DNA from: Bugula neritina
Taxonomy: Eukaryota > Animalia > Bryozoa
Direction of reading: 5' to 3'
Assembly: GCA_964035545.1 (NCBI GenBank)
Contig: OZ037768.1
Location: 2,450,741 to 2,514,740 of the forward strand
DNA: 64,000 bases
Under the pieces are notes generated by a model. That model was not told the DNA's origin and searched no databases. It saw nothing but the letters and a program-made list of their open reading frames with translations. The position numbers and the translations under genes are program-made. Position 1 is the stretch's first letter. Each line of letters opens with the position of its first letter. This document shows, in pieces, positions 1 to 14,647 of this stretch.

Positions 1-2726
1 TTGGTCTTATTCTTTCACATGCTTTGTAAGTTCAAGTGGCTGACGAATGTACATCAGAAAATTTTCTCAATAATCCTCGTAACAGTTGCACAAATTTCCC
101 TCTTCTGAATAAAAGAAGAAATTTGTTACCAATTTCAAATCTAATCAAAAAACTGTTTTCAAAAATAGCAATTTTCAACTTGTAAAAATAGAATAGTACA
201 TATTTGAATATTTTAATTCAGTAACTGCTATATTCACACAGATTTCAATTATTTACCAGACCTATTCCAGGATTCACTGGTACACAATCGTAATTTTGAT
301 ATTTTAGTCAGTTGCATTTGTAAAAAATCAATAATCCCTCAAATTTTAAATAAAGACTTTAGTTTAATTAGCTGAAATACTAGAGCAATTATAAACTAGC
401 TTTCTGCTGAAATATCGTAATAAAACTCACCTGGGAGAAATCTGGCCATGGGCATGTCATTGGATTATTAACCTCTCTGGACTGGTCAGTCAGAGTTTCA
501 TTGATTTATATCAAGGCCAATGGAAAGGCTTGTGGGCCGATTATATCTCAATGAAAACAATTAAAATTAATCACGTACTGCTAATTCAATAGCTCAGGTC
601 ACAGAAAATGTTTAATCACACTTAATTACAGCATTGATCTGCTTCTCAAGGTCATAACAAGTTCTCCACAAACCCTCTGTTGTCTAAAGGAATGAGTTTT
701 AAAATATACAAGTTTATGTTTGCGTTAGTCGATCACCAAATTTTTGCTGCCGTAGAAATAGATGCTATTTATAGTAAAAATAGCAATCTCTGATGTCAAA
801 TATAATTGGATTCCACTTTATGCAAAACAGCAGATGAAACAACCTACTTCATCCTTGAACATTATGTCACATAGGCAGCATGCTGCCGGCAGTAATACTC
901 AAGGATATTTTGTTAGGATGTTTGTTTCTTTTAAAATGTCAATTGGATCATCCGGGTGTATGAACAGGATATGGGTGTCTGTTGGCAACCCAAGTTTGCT
1001 CCACTGGTGCGGTGACATCACTAATTAAATGACATTGCGAAATACCTGCCTGTTCAAAAATAACAAAGTAAATCAATAGGAGCTAAGCAGCTGGTTGAGT
1101 TGCCAGCGAAATCACCAACTGATGACATAATAGCTGGACACAGACATCATGACGATATGTCAAGGTATAACAGGTCATATCAACAACATAAACAAACAGT
1201 TTCCTAAGTCATAACATCAGCACCCAACATATTTGTCTCTAAACTTTTGGCTGACAACTTATTGGTTGGCTACTTGAGACTTGTTGCTTTCTGGGTAAAC
1301 GTTTTCAGCTCTCAGAAGTGCAAGAGGAAGCAATGGCTGCCACATGAAAGTCTTCTAGTTATTTGTGCTCATTTTCCGCTAACAACTTGTCTAAATATGG
1401 GAATAACTACAAGCAGATTGCTGACTATTCAACTATCCATACACAGCTAACAATCAATATTGAGGAAGTAGTGAGACTGTAGAAAGACTGTATGGCTATG
1501 GTTTATTATTAGCTGATTGTTTTGTGGATGAATTATTAATTGAGGGCAAACAGCGATAGGATGTGTCAATAGTCTTATCTATTTCCTGGGAAAGGTTACA
1601 CAGGAAATCACCAATTTAATTAAGCACCTGGCAACCACATTGCTGTTTCCACTCACAATAGCGATCAGGCCTCTACACCATGCAGTAACACGCATAAAGA
1701 CAGCTTGCAGTGGTTAGCTGCTGCCAACTCTATTTTCTTTGATAATTGCTTTCATATTTCTCTGCGGTTTTTTTCATCCAGGCTAGCAAAATAATTATGC
1801 TAATTTAATATAGACTTGAAAAGGCAGAGCAGGATCTAAATGACACAAATATTAGGTTTTATATTCTCTTTCCACTTCCACCTACTATTATTACCGCCAA
1901 GTCATGCAGACTGTATGTGGAAATACCTTATCATTTCCGCAGGTGTTCCTCATAAAAACACCTTTAAGTTCCTGTAACTATAAGAATAATGGGAATATAA
2001 CAGTTAGTGAAAGTTAGCAAGTATAATGCACTAGCAATGATATGGTGTATAATTATACATTATCTTATTGTGTACCTTTTCAGAATTGACATTCTTTTTG
2101 CTCACATGCATTTCAATAAAAACAGGAAAACATGGAATTTTCTTGAAAGTGCCAGAATATACCAGTGAAATTGTAAAAACTTGTATTTTGATCTGAAGAA
2201 TGTAAAGGGAAAAGTTTGATGTTTATCAGTTCCTCTTCATTTGATTAAACTTTATACTAAATGCAGGCTCAAGTTGAAATAGCATCGACCTGGCAGTGTG
2301 GGGATAACTTTAAAATGAGCTGCAGTTTTCAGGGACCTCTCTTAGCATTTCATAAAAACTTTTTCAAGAAAGAAATGGAACAGAAAAATTCTTGATGTAG
2401 CCCCAAATGTGCATCATTTGTATTCTAACTTGACACGCACACAAAACCAAAACCTTTCTTAACTTGCTTTTTTCAACCTGTGTAAGAGAGGAAAGGATCC
2501 TGTGGTTTGGCACAGAAGTGGGTGCCTGTCTCCTGGCGATAGCAAGCCTAGATTTATTAGCTCAGATATACAAAGGATGTTTTTAATGAAATAATTCAGT
2601 ATTAGTGAATCATTATGCTAATTGAATTTAGGCTAACCCTGTGATATGCCATAGTCCGATATTTGATACATATATGTATTTTTTTCTGTGATTTCAGCAG
2701 CCATAAACCCCTTCACAACAGCAAAT

Positions 2727-5700
2727 ATGGCTGAGCAGACGGCCATGCTGAATCTAATGATGGCCGCCAATAACCCTTTCCTCACATCAGGGCTGATTCC
2801 AGGATTCCCACACATTCCTTTTACAGGTACTCTAAATAATTACTGTTATTAAAATAGTAATTGTATTCAATGTCATTAGATAATTCAATAACACACATCC
2901 GTTATAACAATAATTATTTATTTCCATTTATAAACTTTATAAACTATTTAAACTATGTTTATTTAGTTTTTTTTAATACTTTCAAAAATTTTAAAAGTCA
3001 CGATTTATTTAGTATATAACGCGCTACTATTATTATTTTGTAAATCTATCCAGCCACCTGATGAACGAAAAATTTGTAAATCAACCTGCACTGTGACACT
3101 CAATGCTAAAAGCAGTGTTCTTTTACCTGTTATCTCTTCGTCAAACTTTAAGGAAACATTTCTTATCTTTCAAATAACAACTTTTCCCCTATTATGTTCT
3201 CATAAGGCTCTAAACTTTGTGGGTGGTCAGTGTATTCTGTAAACAATGTAACAGCAAAGTTTGTGGAATGCAGCACTAATCTTCTGGTACAAATTAACTG
3301 TCAGATCTGAATTTCATTGGCGTAAGGCAGTGCTGTCTTTCACTGTAATCTTGAGGAACAAATTAATCCTTGATAAGATAAAGATCAGCTAGGCAGTGCC
3401 CATCCCTTCTCACCTTCAACCAGCGAGAGCTGTGCATTACATTTGTATAAATTACTTTTGTGCCATCTATAACTTTGGTACTGATAGTACAGAATGTAAC
3501 ACCCGAATTAATCATTATTATATTAACGATTGTGCAACATCTCTAATCTATTCTACTGTAACACCAGTCTATAAATACGAGTTATACCAATAATCAAATT
3601 GTAATATACAATACCATAATTATATGTTAACTAGCAAAAAGTGATGGCAGGTGCAAAGGTAAAAGTATATAGAAGTGTAATTTTACAGGAAATAAACTAA
3701 CTCATTTAATTATTTAATAGATAGGAAGTGGCATACATATCTAATTATTATTAGAATTATTCTTATGAAATACAAAGTGCTAATATAATGTCAGAGTCTA
3801 GTGAAATGAGCCAAGTTATAGAAATCAGACTACTTTCACATGCAAACAGATGTAGTTGAAGATATCTTGTTTTTTGAAATATAATATATTTGAACTTATC
3901 TTTAAATCACTATAGAACTTTTGCTTTATTGGGACTCCACTGTAATATACTAGTTCACTAAGAGTTAGTGTTGTATTAGTACACTGTACATACAGGTATT
4001 AGTACACTGTACATACAGGTGTTAGTACACTGTACATACAGGTGTTAGTACACTGTACATACAGTATTAGTACACTGTACATACAGTATTAGTACACTGT
4101 ACATACAGGTGTTAGTACACTGTACATACAGGTATTAGTACACTGTAAATACAGGCATTAGTACACTGTACATACAGTATTAGTACACTGTATATACAGG
4201 CATTAGTACACTGTATATACAGGTATTAGTACACTGTACATACAGGTGTTAGTACACTGTACATACAGGTATTAGTACACTGTACATACAGTATTAGTAC
4301 ACTGTATATACAGGCATTAGTACACTGTATATACAGGTATTAGTACACTGTACATACAGGTGTTAGTACACTGTACATACAGGTGTTAGTACACTGTACA
4401 TACAGGTATTAGTACACTGTACATGCAGGTGGTGTAAGTATTGTATCTACTGTAAGTACAATGCATGATGGCCCTGTATGTATATAATTATGTAACTTAA
4501 ACTACCCAACATAATGTTATCACAACTACTCCACTTATGTCATGCAATAACTTCCTCATATCTGTCAACTGCTATCAGTCATTCAAGTAGATAGGCACTG
4601 ACAATGGTAATAGCTTATCAACAGTGAGCTCTACACGGGCTAACGAATGCTCCACCTGTCCATCCCATCTCTCGCTCAAACTGCATATGAACTCAGACTA
4701 TCACAGTATAAGTTTATCAAATATACTTGTAGCATACTTCTGCCTATGAAATAGAGCAATTCTTGCTTTAAATCCAAAAACTGCACACCTAAGCTAAATG
4801 AAAAGCTTCTGCTATATCTCCTTCCTATTTGATACTTAGATGCTGGTAACCCTTAGAGTATACAAACTGAAGTGGGGGGGGGGGGTGATTAGGCCTCCTT
4901 CTCTGATAACCTATCAAGTTAAAAACATTGTGATCATCACATGCAGCTTTGACAGTTTAGCATTGCTTTAGATTTAATATTCATATCCTGTGCAAATGTA
5001 CATTTAAAATATGGCCGCCAATGCAGAAGTTGATATCTAATATTCCTAAAACTGTTTTCATTTCCTGTTCCTAAAAAAGGAACTACAGGCGTTGGCACAA
5101 GTCATTATAACTGCAACCCCCTCCCTCTCCCTCAACTACAATTTATATTTCCTTAGTGAGTCAAAACAATGAGAATACCTGGGCATCCTATAATTATAAT
5201 GATTATTTCTTTTACTAATGGTGAGAAAATTGCAGCCTTAAATACCAGTTGCTACTTTGTGTATCATAATGTGTGGTGTATCATATCGTGTGGTGCAGTG
5301 TAGAAGAAAGTGATTCAGGAGCTCATGAACTTAATCTCAATATCCTACATTCAACATTATTTTCCTATTCATTATTGATCAAAGGACTTCTTTCACAAAA
5401 GGCTAATACCTTCTTCCTGATTTACCTGCATATTGCTTTTCTAAAATGGAAACCTCTACTGTTTATGTTGACATCAGGGTCATTCGATATTAGCAAAAAG
5501 GTTGAATGGGATTTCGTGAAAATAGGTCACGTTCCAAGTAGGTGCACACCTTTGTGCAGTTACATCACCTTGTTTTGACTATTCAATTCGACCATCATGG
5601 GACTGAAATTAAAGACAAAATGAAATCAAATTGATTTATATAAGCGTTTCTTAAAGTCAACTAAAGGAATTGTCTTTCCGTAGTGAGCTTTTAATTCATA

Positions 5701-8700
5701 AGAACCCATTTTTATCCAGTAATAGACATTTTTAGCAATTATGCGAATAGTGGAAGAAGCTTCACAACTCTCATGGCATATAGCATCAGTAGAACTATTC
5801 AACAGCTGTACTAAAACAATTAGCAAATGTTTTTCGTTTCATACTCTGAACTCAAGTTTTGGCAAGCGTTACAAAAGTGTTTTATAACCACCACAGCCGG
5901 ATTCGGAGATACTTGTTGTGGAAGTTTACTATTACATATAGAAAATTCTAGAACAACAGCCATGATATGGTGGTAGCTACAACTATGTCTGGCCTGGTGA
6001 GCTATAAGTGGGCTCATAGCACCAGCGTTGGGCACACCACCAGCTCGGAGCCCTTATCTCTAAGGAAGCTAAACTGAATAATCGGATAGGAATTCACTTC
6101 TCTGCCAAAACAAGTGTTGAGAAATAACCAAAGGTGCATATTAATCAGACTATTTGGTCTGCTTACTTCCCGGTTGCAATAGAAATAATTATATGTGTAA
6201 TTATGTTATGTTGTATAATTCATAGACCTACAGGCATGTATAACAATAGAATCCGTATTTCAACACTATAATGCTGGGTGGGTCAACCTGTAATGGTTTC
6301 CATAACCTACTGTACCAAGAGATGATGTCACCCAAATAGCAGCTTTATAATTGTTTATTTTATGGACTACAAGTTTACACTATAGCAAGTTCTCACTGTT
6401 ACACGTACATGCATTGTTTTTCCAGTGCAAGGGACTTGACTACTGGTTCTTTTCAGTTATATATTATTTTCCTTGCAGTCAGTTAGTTATTTCCTTGGAA
6501 CTTCTTGTTAGGAAATGCCTTCAGTTTCATTTCATTGTCACTGATAAGCACAGTTTAGTCATGGCTGACGAAATGCCATCACTTATTCCAACATCTTTTT
6601 GCCTGCATCACTAAAATAAACAGTTTTGAAATTTGTTTGCTTGCGTGCATCCGATGTTCTTGGATGATGAACTATATTATTTGTAAAGAGCTGTAGTATT
6701 GAGGCTATGTTTTAGCTATGATCTAGCTGAATTTGGCACTTCTACTGTCACAGGATGTAGTGTGTAGTTGGTACTATTTCAGTCACATGGTGTGTCACTA
6801 CTGAGTGTGCCAACATTTCTTCTACTGAGGAAGTGTAAGATTTAAATTTGTCTGCAGGAAGCCTAATGCATGGTGACTCAGACTATGAAATAGCAAGCAT
6901 CAAAATCTGATGTCTACGGCTTGAACCTTAAACCATTGATTAGTTGGCACAATGCAACTGGAAGATTTTTCAACTTAAAATTACTTTTCTTTGTGACGTA
7001 AAGTCAAGCTGTTTTACATTTCTTGACTGCTGGATATGAGTTGTCTAAGATATGTGTTGGGATTATAATGAGCACAATGCCTACATTGTGTCTTATTCTA
7101 TTGAAAATAGTAGTCAATATATTAGAGGAGACAACTTTTCAATGGTTTGTCAATGCTTGTGAAATATTTACCAGATTGCTAATAAACTGCATCATATTTT
7201 TACGAACAGCAATCATGTAGGCAAGGAAGGGTTTTGATGAAACTTTAGCAAACCTCTAACCTACGCATTGTGCTTTTTATTGAAGTCACTAATTTAGGCA
7301 TGCTACAGGCCTTTACAAAATTACATTGCTGTCTGTAACTTGCAGTACTGTAATGGGTCACAGCACTTTAAGGTGTCACATGTTCCAATTTACATAGTTT
7401 ACTAATAGCAAGAGCAATGCTGGTATAAATTAAGTGCATTGAACACCTTGCAGTCCGTGTCATGATTCACTGGTGGACAGAAATTGAAACCCAGGTGCTC
7501 GCAAGGCGCTCCTATTTTTATGTAACATGAAACGAAAGCTAATATTCATGAATCAGAGATACTTTTATGGTTTCTATTAGTAAATATAACTGCATTATAC
7601 AACGTTTATGTATAAAATAGCATTAATATCTATTTACACTCAGTAATATATTGTAATGCATTCCTGGTAATTAAATATGGCCAGTTGACACATTAACATG
7701 TATATTAGTAAATACAAGTATTGCGAAATTATTATAGGAAACCTAAAATTAGCTGAAAATTTAATATAATCAGCAAATTAACATAATATGTTTAACCCAT
7801 AAATGTTTTCCCAACTTTTATTCCTAATATTAAATAATAAAAGGTAGTTGCACTGTTGCATATCTATTTGTGGCGTTCTTACCAAAGTCAGTGTAAAAGA
7901 TGAACTTCTTAATAGAATATTTAAAGTATGAAATCTCAATGTAGGCTATCACTTGATATGTCTAGAGTAATACTTGAGCATATCATCAAAAGCGGTAGTA
8001 GGGACTTCTCCAAACGATTTCATTTCACAAACATGAGTCAGTATTTTCAGTTGATTGACAGCTATTTCCATAGAGATATCATCAACTCGGAAGGCAGTTT
8101 GAATATACTTTGATCTATTATAAACACAGGGATGTTCATAATAGAGTTATTTGTAAACAATGCCAATACCTTCCAGCTAAAAGTTCAAACTATATTAATA
8201 TTTCATAACTTTGACTCCAGGTTTTGCCATCGAATATATAAGTTGTGTCCATCATAATTTACTGGACATAATTTTTTTAAATCACAAAATTTCACCGAAA
8301 ACCATGAACGTTTGAATAATCATAAAAATCTTTGCAATTAGCTTGATAACTGAAACATTCAGGCGTTTTGAAAGATAGAATGACCTTGTGTAGCTGACAC
8401 TTCAGAAGTGCCCTTCAATAAGGTTGGGCGCTAGACAGTCTCCATCTTCTGTACTCCAACAAATTCATACCTAAGGATAATTTTTACGAAATTAAAATCA
8501 ACTTTTCTTTTTTACCAATTGAAAAAATCTTTATTTTCCATCAATGGCTTCAGTCAAATTTGATCACCATAACAGTTGCTCTATTTTTCAAACTCATCGC
8601 CTTTTTTACTATCTTTCTTTGTTCCACTTGATGAGGCTAACCCGGATTCATCATCTGTGATACTTATCTACATTTCATCAACGCAAAATATTTCCAGCTG

Positions 8701-11700
8701 CCAAAGTTTTTTGCAATGATATCATTCATTAAAAGAAAGAGAGTAATTTAATCATTTCCAGGATATTCCATTTGATGTTTATATTTGGAAAACAGATATC
8801 TCTATTATACACTTGTTGTGGGAGGGGTGATGCTACTTCATTGTAGTTTATAACTTTACAGTCTGCATTAGCTGATTCATTAGATATGAAGTGGGAGGGA
8901 ATTTGTAGGAGTTGGTATTCAAAATGAATATATCCACTCCCTGTTAACACTAAGTTGACATACATCACTGTGTCTAGCTGGCTGTGCTTTAGGAATGTTT
9001 AGGGAACTGTCTCTTAGTGAATATGAAGTGCAATTTTAATAAGGTGCCATGAGCAAATAAGGAACTAATAAAACCAAGCAGATATTACTTAGTTCCTGGT
9101 TGGACTTTATAACTATCTTAGTACAGGATGCAGTATATGACTTTCTCCTGCTGTTGGACTTACACATTGAATAGACTACTGTTATGCCGTTTCTAAATAG
9201 GAGATATTTATTTTAGGTGGTTTGACCAGAGGAAATCTTTCAACGATGTCTCACCCAGTGACCTCTTCATCCCGTCAGATCGACCAACCCGTATCGATCA
9301 CAACTACGACTGCACAGTCGCTGGGGAATTCCGCCAGACATCTAATGAGCAGAAGCCACTCCCAGTCTCCGCCCCTCAGTAAACTCACTCACCATTCCTA
9401 TGGTTAGTAGAGCTAAGCTTCAGTCAGTTCGTTGGAGTTGTCCTTTCTTTTGGAGTTATCCTCTTTCATAGTACCTTTTTTATAACTGTATAGTATTACA
9501 GGAACAGAACATACTGCTGGATCTCAATCATTAATTATTCATATAGTTTATTTCTATATAGTCTGATCTACCTGTCCTACAAAATATAGGGGTCAATACC
9601 AACCATGTGACTGTAAAAGCTTGTATAATTGTGTTAAACTAGTTCATTAAATCCAAGTTAATTTAGAGGATGTTTTTTAACTAGATATGCTTAAATATAT
9701 AGTGTTTAATATTTGCATGGGGATTGCAATTAAATAAATATTATGTATATACAATCTAGACCAGGTCTATTTAATTGGTAAATTATCAGTTTATAAGTTG
9801 AATAAATTATCTATTTTTTTACCTATTTATTAGAATATTGTCTAGTTCATTGTCTTCAAAAGTTTTACTACAAGCATAAATTTTATGTGCATACAACATT
9901 ATTCATATATATTGCATGTAGATTTAAGCTATAAACCATTAAATTGTTAGAGAAATTAGCAGTATTATCTTGTAGTTTGGTAGTTTGAAAATATATTACA
10001 GTAAAGTTTCTGTAGTAATCTATTTCATTATGTGATATAACTGAATGTTCTACTTCAACAAGTGGCTATTCATGAAATATTATGTAGGTTATGATAGACA
10101 CAATTACAATGTAATACAATTATGTAATAAAATGACCGACATTTTCAGTTTCAGCAAAAAAGAAACACTCAGCTTTAATCAGTGAAATTGTGTGGGCGTT
10201 ATATAATCTATAAATTATCTAAACAGGAATATAAATGCTAAACATAAACATAGATGTCCCCCACATACAATCAATACTGTAGATCATACTATATACTTAC
10301 ACCCTTTGGCAACACCTTCACAGCTTAACCCACAATTCTATTACTATTAATAATACTCATGAAATGTTGGTCATTCCACGTGATTTAGTTTTATTGCATT
10401 ACATAATATATTATACATTGTATTACATAGTATATTATACATTGTATTACATAGTATATTATACATTGTATTACATAGTATATTATACATTGTATTACAT
10501 AGTATATTATACATTGTATTACATAATATATTATACATTGTATTATATAGTATATTATACATTATATTACATAATATATTATGCATTGTATTACATAATA
10601 TATTATACATTGTATTACATAATATATTATACATTGCATTACATAGTATATTATACATTGTATTACATAATACATTATACATTGTGTTACATAATATATT
10701 ATACATTGTATTACATAATATATTATACATTGCATTACATAGTATATTATACATTGTGTCATGTTGTAGAAACAACCTTTCCATCTCTAGGAAGGAGTGA
10801 TGATACTGAAACCAAAAGCTTACCCCTCCCACCGCTGCCGCTGGTGGATTCAGTCATCAAACCGAATATAGGTTTTGCTGTAAAGAAAGAGGAGTCACTA
10901 GAATCATTTTCATCTCCCAGAACAAAAGGAGGTAGCTACTTACATGTACTTACATGATCCTAAATATACTTAAATGTACTTACATGTACTTATATTTACA
11001 CATGCTTACAGATGCACTTACATATACAGATCTTCATTCATGTACTTACAGTAACTTATATGTACTTATACTTAAATATACTTACATGTACATGGGTTTG
11101 CACTAGTATCATTCATTATTGCATATACTTACTTTTACCTGTGTGTACAAGTACGTGTTATGTGTGTTCATATTGGTATTAAATTAAACAGCTGTTTATA
11201 ATATAATTTAGGTTTTATTTTTGTTCTGGTGTACTTGATACTAAGTGAATGGTCTTAAATTGAAAAAGCAATATATTTCAGTTGTGTGCCATCAGATTGA
11301 AATAAGGAGTTTAATTTTATTTTAGTGAAAGTCTTTTTCAAAATACTGTGTGCTGCATTTGCGAGTATTACAACTATCGAAGTTATAGTCATAGCTTCCT
11401 TTAGGTCATGCATACTCTGTCAACTTTGTTTGAACTGTTGATAGTGTCACGAAACTGCTTTAAATGGATGTTGAGTAATTTTCCAAGCCATTTCCTGATG
11501 CAATAACAGAAACAAATTTCATAAGTTATTTGAGCTACCAACTCAATGATCATTAAACTTGAAATATTATATCATCACGAGATAATATATTGGAACTTTG
11601 CCAAAATATTCATTACTGACTCCCTGTTTTTCCATAACTAAATAGGAATTTTGGAAATGAAAAAGTTTGTTACGAGATACTATTGTTCGTAGCTGAAATT

Positions 11701-14052
11701 TCACAAGTGAGCTACAGTAATGCAGCTGCATACTAACAAAAAGTTGTGCAACTGCATTATGACTAAAATGACTTTAATGGCAACAAAATTAATTTTAGTA
11801 TACTATTATAGTGCTACATTGTCTATCATGTAATTATAGACCATAATTAAAATATGATAACTATCATAATACATAATTATTTAATTTAAAATATATTAGC
11901 CCTATAATACTTCACTGCATGGTATACTCATAAAACAATGAACAATGGAGTTAGTGCAGAAATCTGCTATTTTAATTTAATAGTAGAATAATTGCATTGC
12001 ACTGTGGTATTTCAAAATACAAAACAGGAAACTAGACTTTTTATTTGAATAATGACTAATCTAATGCACACACCACACACATAATACATATGCAAAACAA
12101 AAAAAAAACATTTATAAAATTGTTACTTCTCTAGTAATGTTATATTATCACGGGGAGGGAATTAATGGCTTTCTTCAAATTTCATAGTACCATGTTGATG
12201 CTCATAGTGTTGCAAAAATATTCTTTTTTACAGATTGTAGACTGTTGTGGGAGTTTATAAGTAAATTACTCAAGGACTCAAACTATACTGAGTACATCAG
12301 ATGGGAAAATATCTCAGACTACACTTTCCGAATTGGTAAGCATATACTTTGTACTAAGTTTGTGGAATGATAGTTAAAAAGAAGTGCAAAACATGTGATT
12401 TGCCCTATGGTTTGCCTGCTAACTAAAATAAAAGTATTAATTCAACTGATTAGCTTAAAGTAAGCAACCTGTTACAGCTAGTAAATGATAAATTTGTTAA
12501 ATTATTCATTCGTTTTTATCGTTTTAATATTGAACTTTTATTTTTTGTGCTCATTAGTCAAGGTTCAACTGGATTCAAATTGAAATCACAACTCCTAATT
12601 TATTGTAAACAAAATTTTAATAAAAGTTAAAGTAAAGTATAATGCCGCGATTTCTCGTAAATTGTGCCTAATTGAATTTACTATTTAATACTTGGAATCA
12701 TGTGTCAATCTAAAATTGAAAGTTTATTTAAAAACCTTCGTTTTTATCAAATTTATTTTTACATTTCCCCCTACTTTTTCTATATTTTATGCATTATAAT
12801 ACTTATATACGGTGTATTAGAAGTTTCTCATCCTAGTTGCCGTTTTTACAGTGAATCCAGCTCAATTGTCAAGGTTATGGGGTATTCAGAAGAATAGAAC
12901 AAACATGACGTATGAAAAGTTGAGTCGTGCCCTTCGCTACTATTACAGGATGGATATTATAGAAAAGGTGCCTGGCAGAAGATTGACTTACAGGTAAATT
13001 TCTATGATTTCAGAGAATTAGCTTCTATATTATGTTTATGCCGTTACTGAATAATAAATTAATTTTTTAATAAAAGTAGACATTCAGCATAATATCTTAA
13101 ATGTGCAGCATTACGCAAACTAAATTATATTAGTTTGCTTGCGAAATTTCTAACTTTCCAAAAATATTTGAGTTTTAATTGTTGGCGCATGCAATGAAAT
13201 ATGTTTTTCAAAAAAATTTTCTCTCCTTGCGATATTGTAATGAATCTCAAAACCCGTTGTTTGGTTAGCCACTCATCGTTGGTTGATGTAAATGAGTGAC
13301 CTGTCCTTGCGGTAATGAGCAGATTTACAAATAGCATATGACTCACTCTCAGTCGTAGAATGACTAATTTATGGTAAGACTGTAAGTGAGTAAGCGGATG
13401 GGAGCTGCAATCTAATTCATAGCTTGTTGGTTGGCCAGCCCACACTTTCCACCTGCATATCACATGATCGTGCAGCTAAAGTGTAGACATACTATATTAG
13501 TAGAGATCTAGTAAAGTGATAGAAGAGATCTAGTAGAATGAAGATATCAAATAGAATAAAACTGTAATACGTTTTTGTAGATTTATGAGACCACCTCATG
13601 AAATAAAAAGAGGGCAGAGAGGCGCGAAACCAGGCGTTCCAAGGAAATCCAGATCCACCGATGAGGAGGCGGAGCTGGATGAGACAGAAGCGATGGACAC
13701 TGTTGAGAGTGAGCTGTCAGATGATGAGAACAGACTGTCTATTGACTATACGAGTGCTATCAGCGTGAATCCTGCATACGTGGCCAAACGAGAGCAGAGA
13801 ATAAACAGTGACACTTCATGTCCATTAGATCTGGTTAGTCATAAGAGACGTAGTAGTCTATACAGTCCACCAACAGATATTCCAGGGCTGAGAGAAAGGA
13901 GCTCAATGATCCCTAAAGCCGAGCCATTGATATCTCAACTTAGTGTGTCTCAGACGAACCCTTCTCTCGACTCAGTTATAAAGTCGGAAGCAACCGATTG
14001 GTCAATGACTAATGGCGGCAGAGTCACTTCTCCACACTTGGCCGTGGAATAA
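2727..14052 (+). CDS. ETV6: ETS-domain transcription factor, ETV6/ETV7 (TEL/Yan)-like; 6 coding exons in window, may have further 5' exons
   Basis: Exons 2698(ATG 2727)-2826, 9217-9402, 10770(or 10791)-10931, 12234-12335, 12852-12993, 13581-14052 join in frame at GT-AG sites. The ETS domain reads [87 protein letters not shown], which matches ETV6 (DCRLLWDY...[16 protein letters not shown]...RFMKTP). No PNT/SAM domain seen. ETS family is certain; ETV6 orthology is only likely. Confidence 0.85.
3973..4430. repeat. Minisatellite, 22-23 bp unit GTATTAGTACACTGTACATACAG, about 20 copies (ETS intron)
   Basis: Tandem units read directly from the sequence. Confidence 0.95.
10393..10758. repeat. Minisatellite, 24 bp unit ATTGTATTACATAGTATATTATAC, about 15 copies, ending just before an ETS acceptor
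   Basis: Tandem units read directly; source of spurious ORFs 10364-10957, 10371-10832 and 10562-10762. Confidence 0.95.
10938..11091. repeat. Degenerate TACTTACATG-type tandem repeat just after ETS donor 10932
   Basis: Repeated tacttaca/tacttata units. Confidence 0.6.
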
Positions 14053-14647
14053 CTTAACCGATACGAATATTATACAAAGATATTTTGATATTTAAATAAA
14101 TTTCTATTTTAGATAATACAATTATATATTAATATGGAGTTGCTACTGCCACTGATAAAGATGCTGTGACTTAAAGTGGTGGTCATAGCAGTATTGGTTG
14201 GCTGGTTCAACTCTAAATCATTGTGATCAAATGTAAATATATTTTGTACAGAAAATTAAAAACAGAGACTATAAATAACAAATTAATTACAATTACATGC
14301 CTTATAAAAATCCTATTTAATTAACTTACTTGTCTTAAAAGTAAATATTTGAGAAATATTTATAGGAGACATTGTTTTATCTCATTTTGAAACAATAAAT
14401 TATGATAAATTCTCTGTGAAAGGTTTTGCCTTCCTCTAACGTATATTTAGCAGTTGCCATCAAAGATAATAACTTATATTTCATAAAAATATGCATAAAA
14501 ACAGGAAACTCCAGAGATCATTAGTGATGATTTAAAACAATAAAGACTGCATGGAGTAGAATAACATTATCATAAACCTAGGGGATTGCGGTTCAGCAGT
14601 GAATTGCACAACATAACACAAAAGAAATCGGAGTGCCAAGGCTGCAT

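Noticed and set aside
1-540. Minus-strand donor at about 430 and acceptor at about 105 suggesting another gene at the window edge
   Set aside because: All three frames after the acceptor hit stops quickly; no recognisable product.
1085-1275. Short imperfect inverted repeat (similar case at 48378-48460)
   Set aside because: Arms are short and mismatched; cannot be separated from chance or a very old MITE.
2633-2815. Minus-strand 60-aa ORF
   Set aside because: Antisense shadow of the plus-strand ETS exon 2698-2826.
10364-10957. Tyr-rich ORFs (YYIVYYTL)n and their antisense counterparts
   Set aside because: 24-bp minisatellite; only 10770-10931 is exonic.
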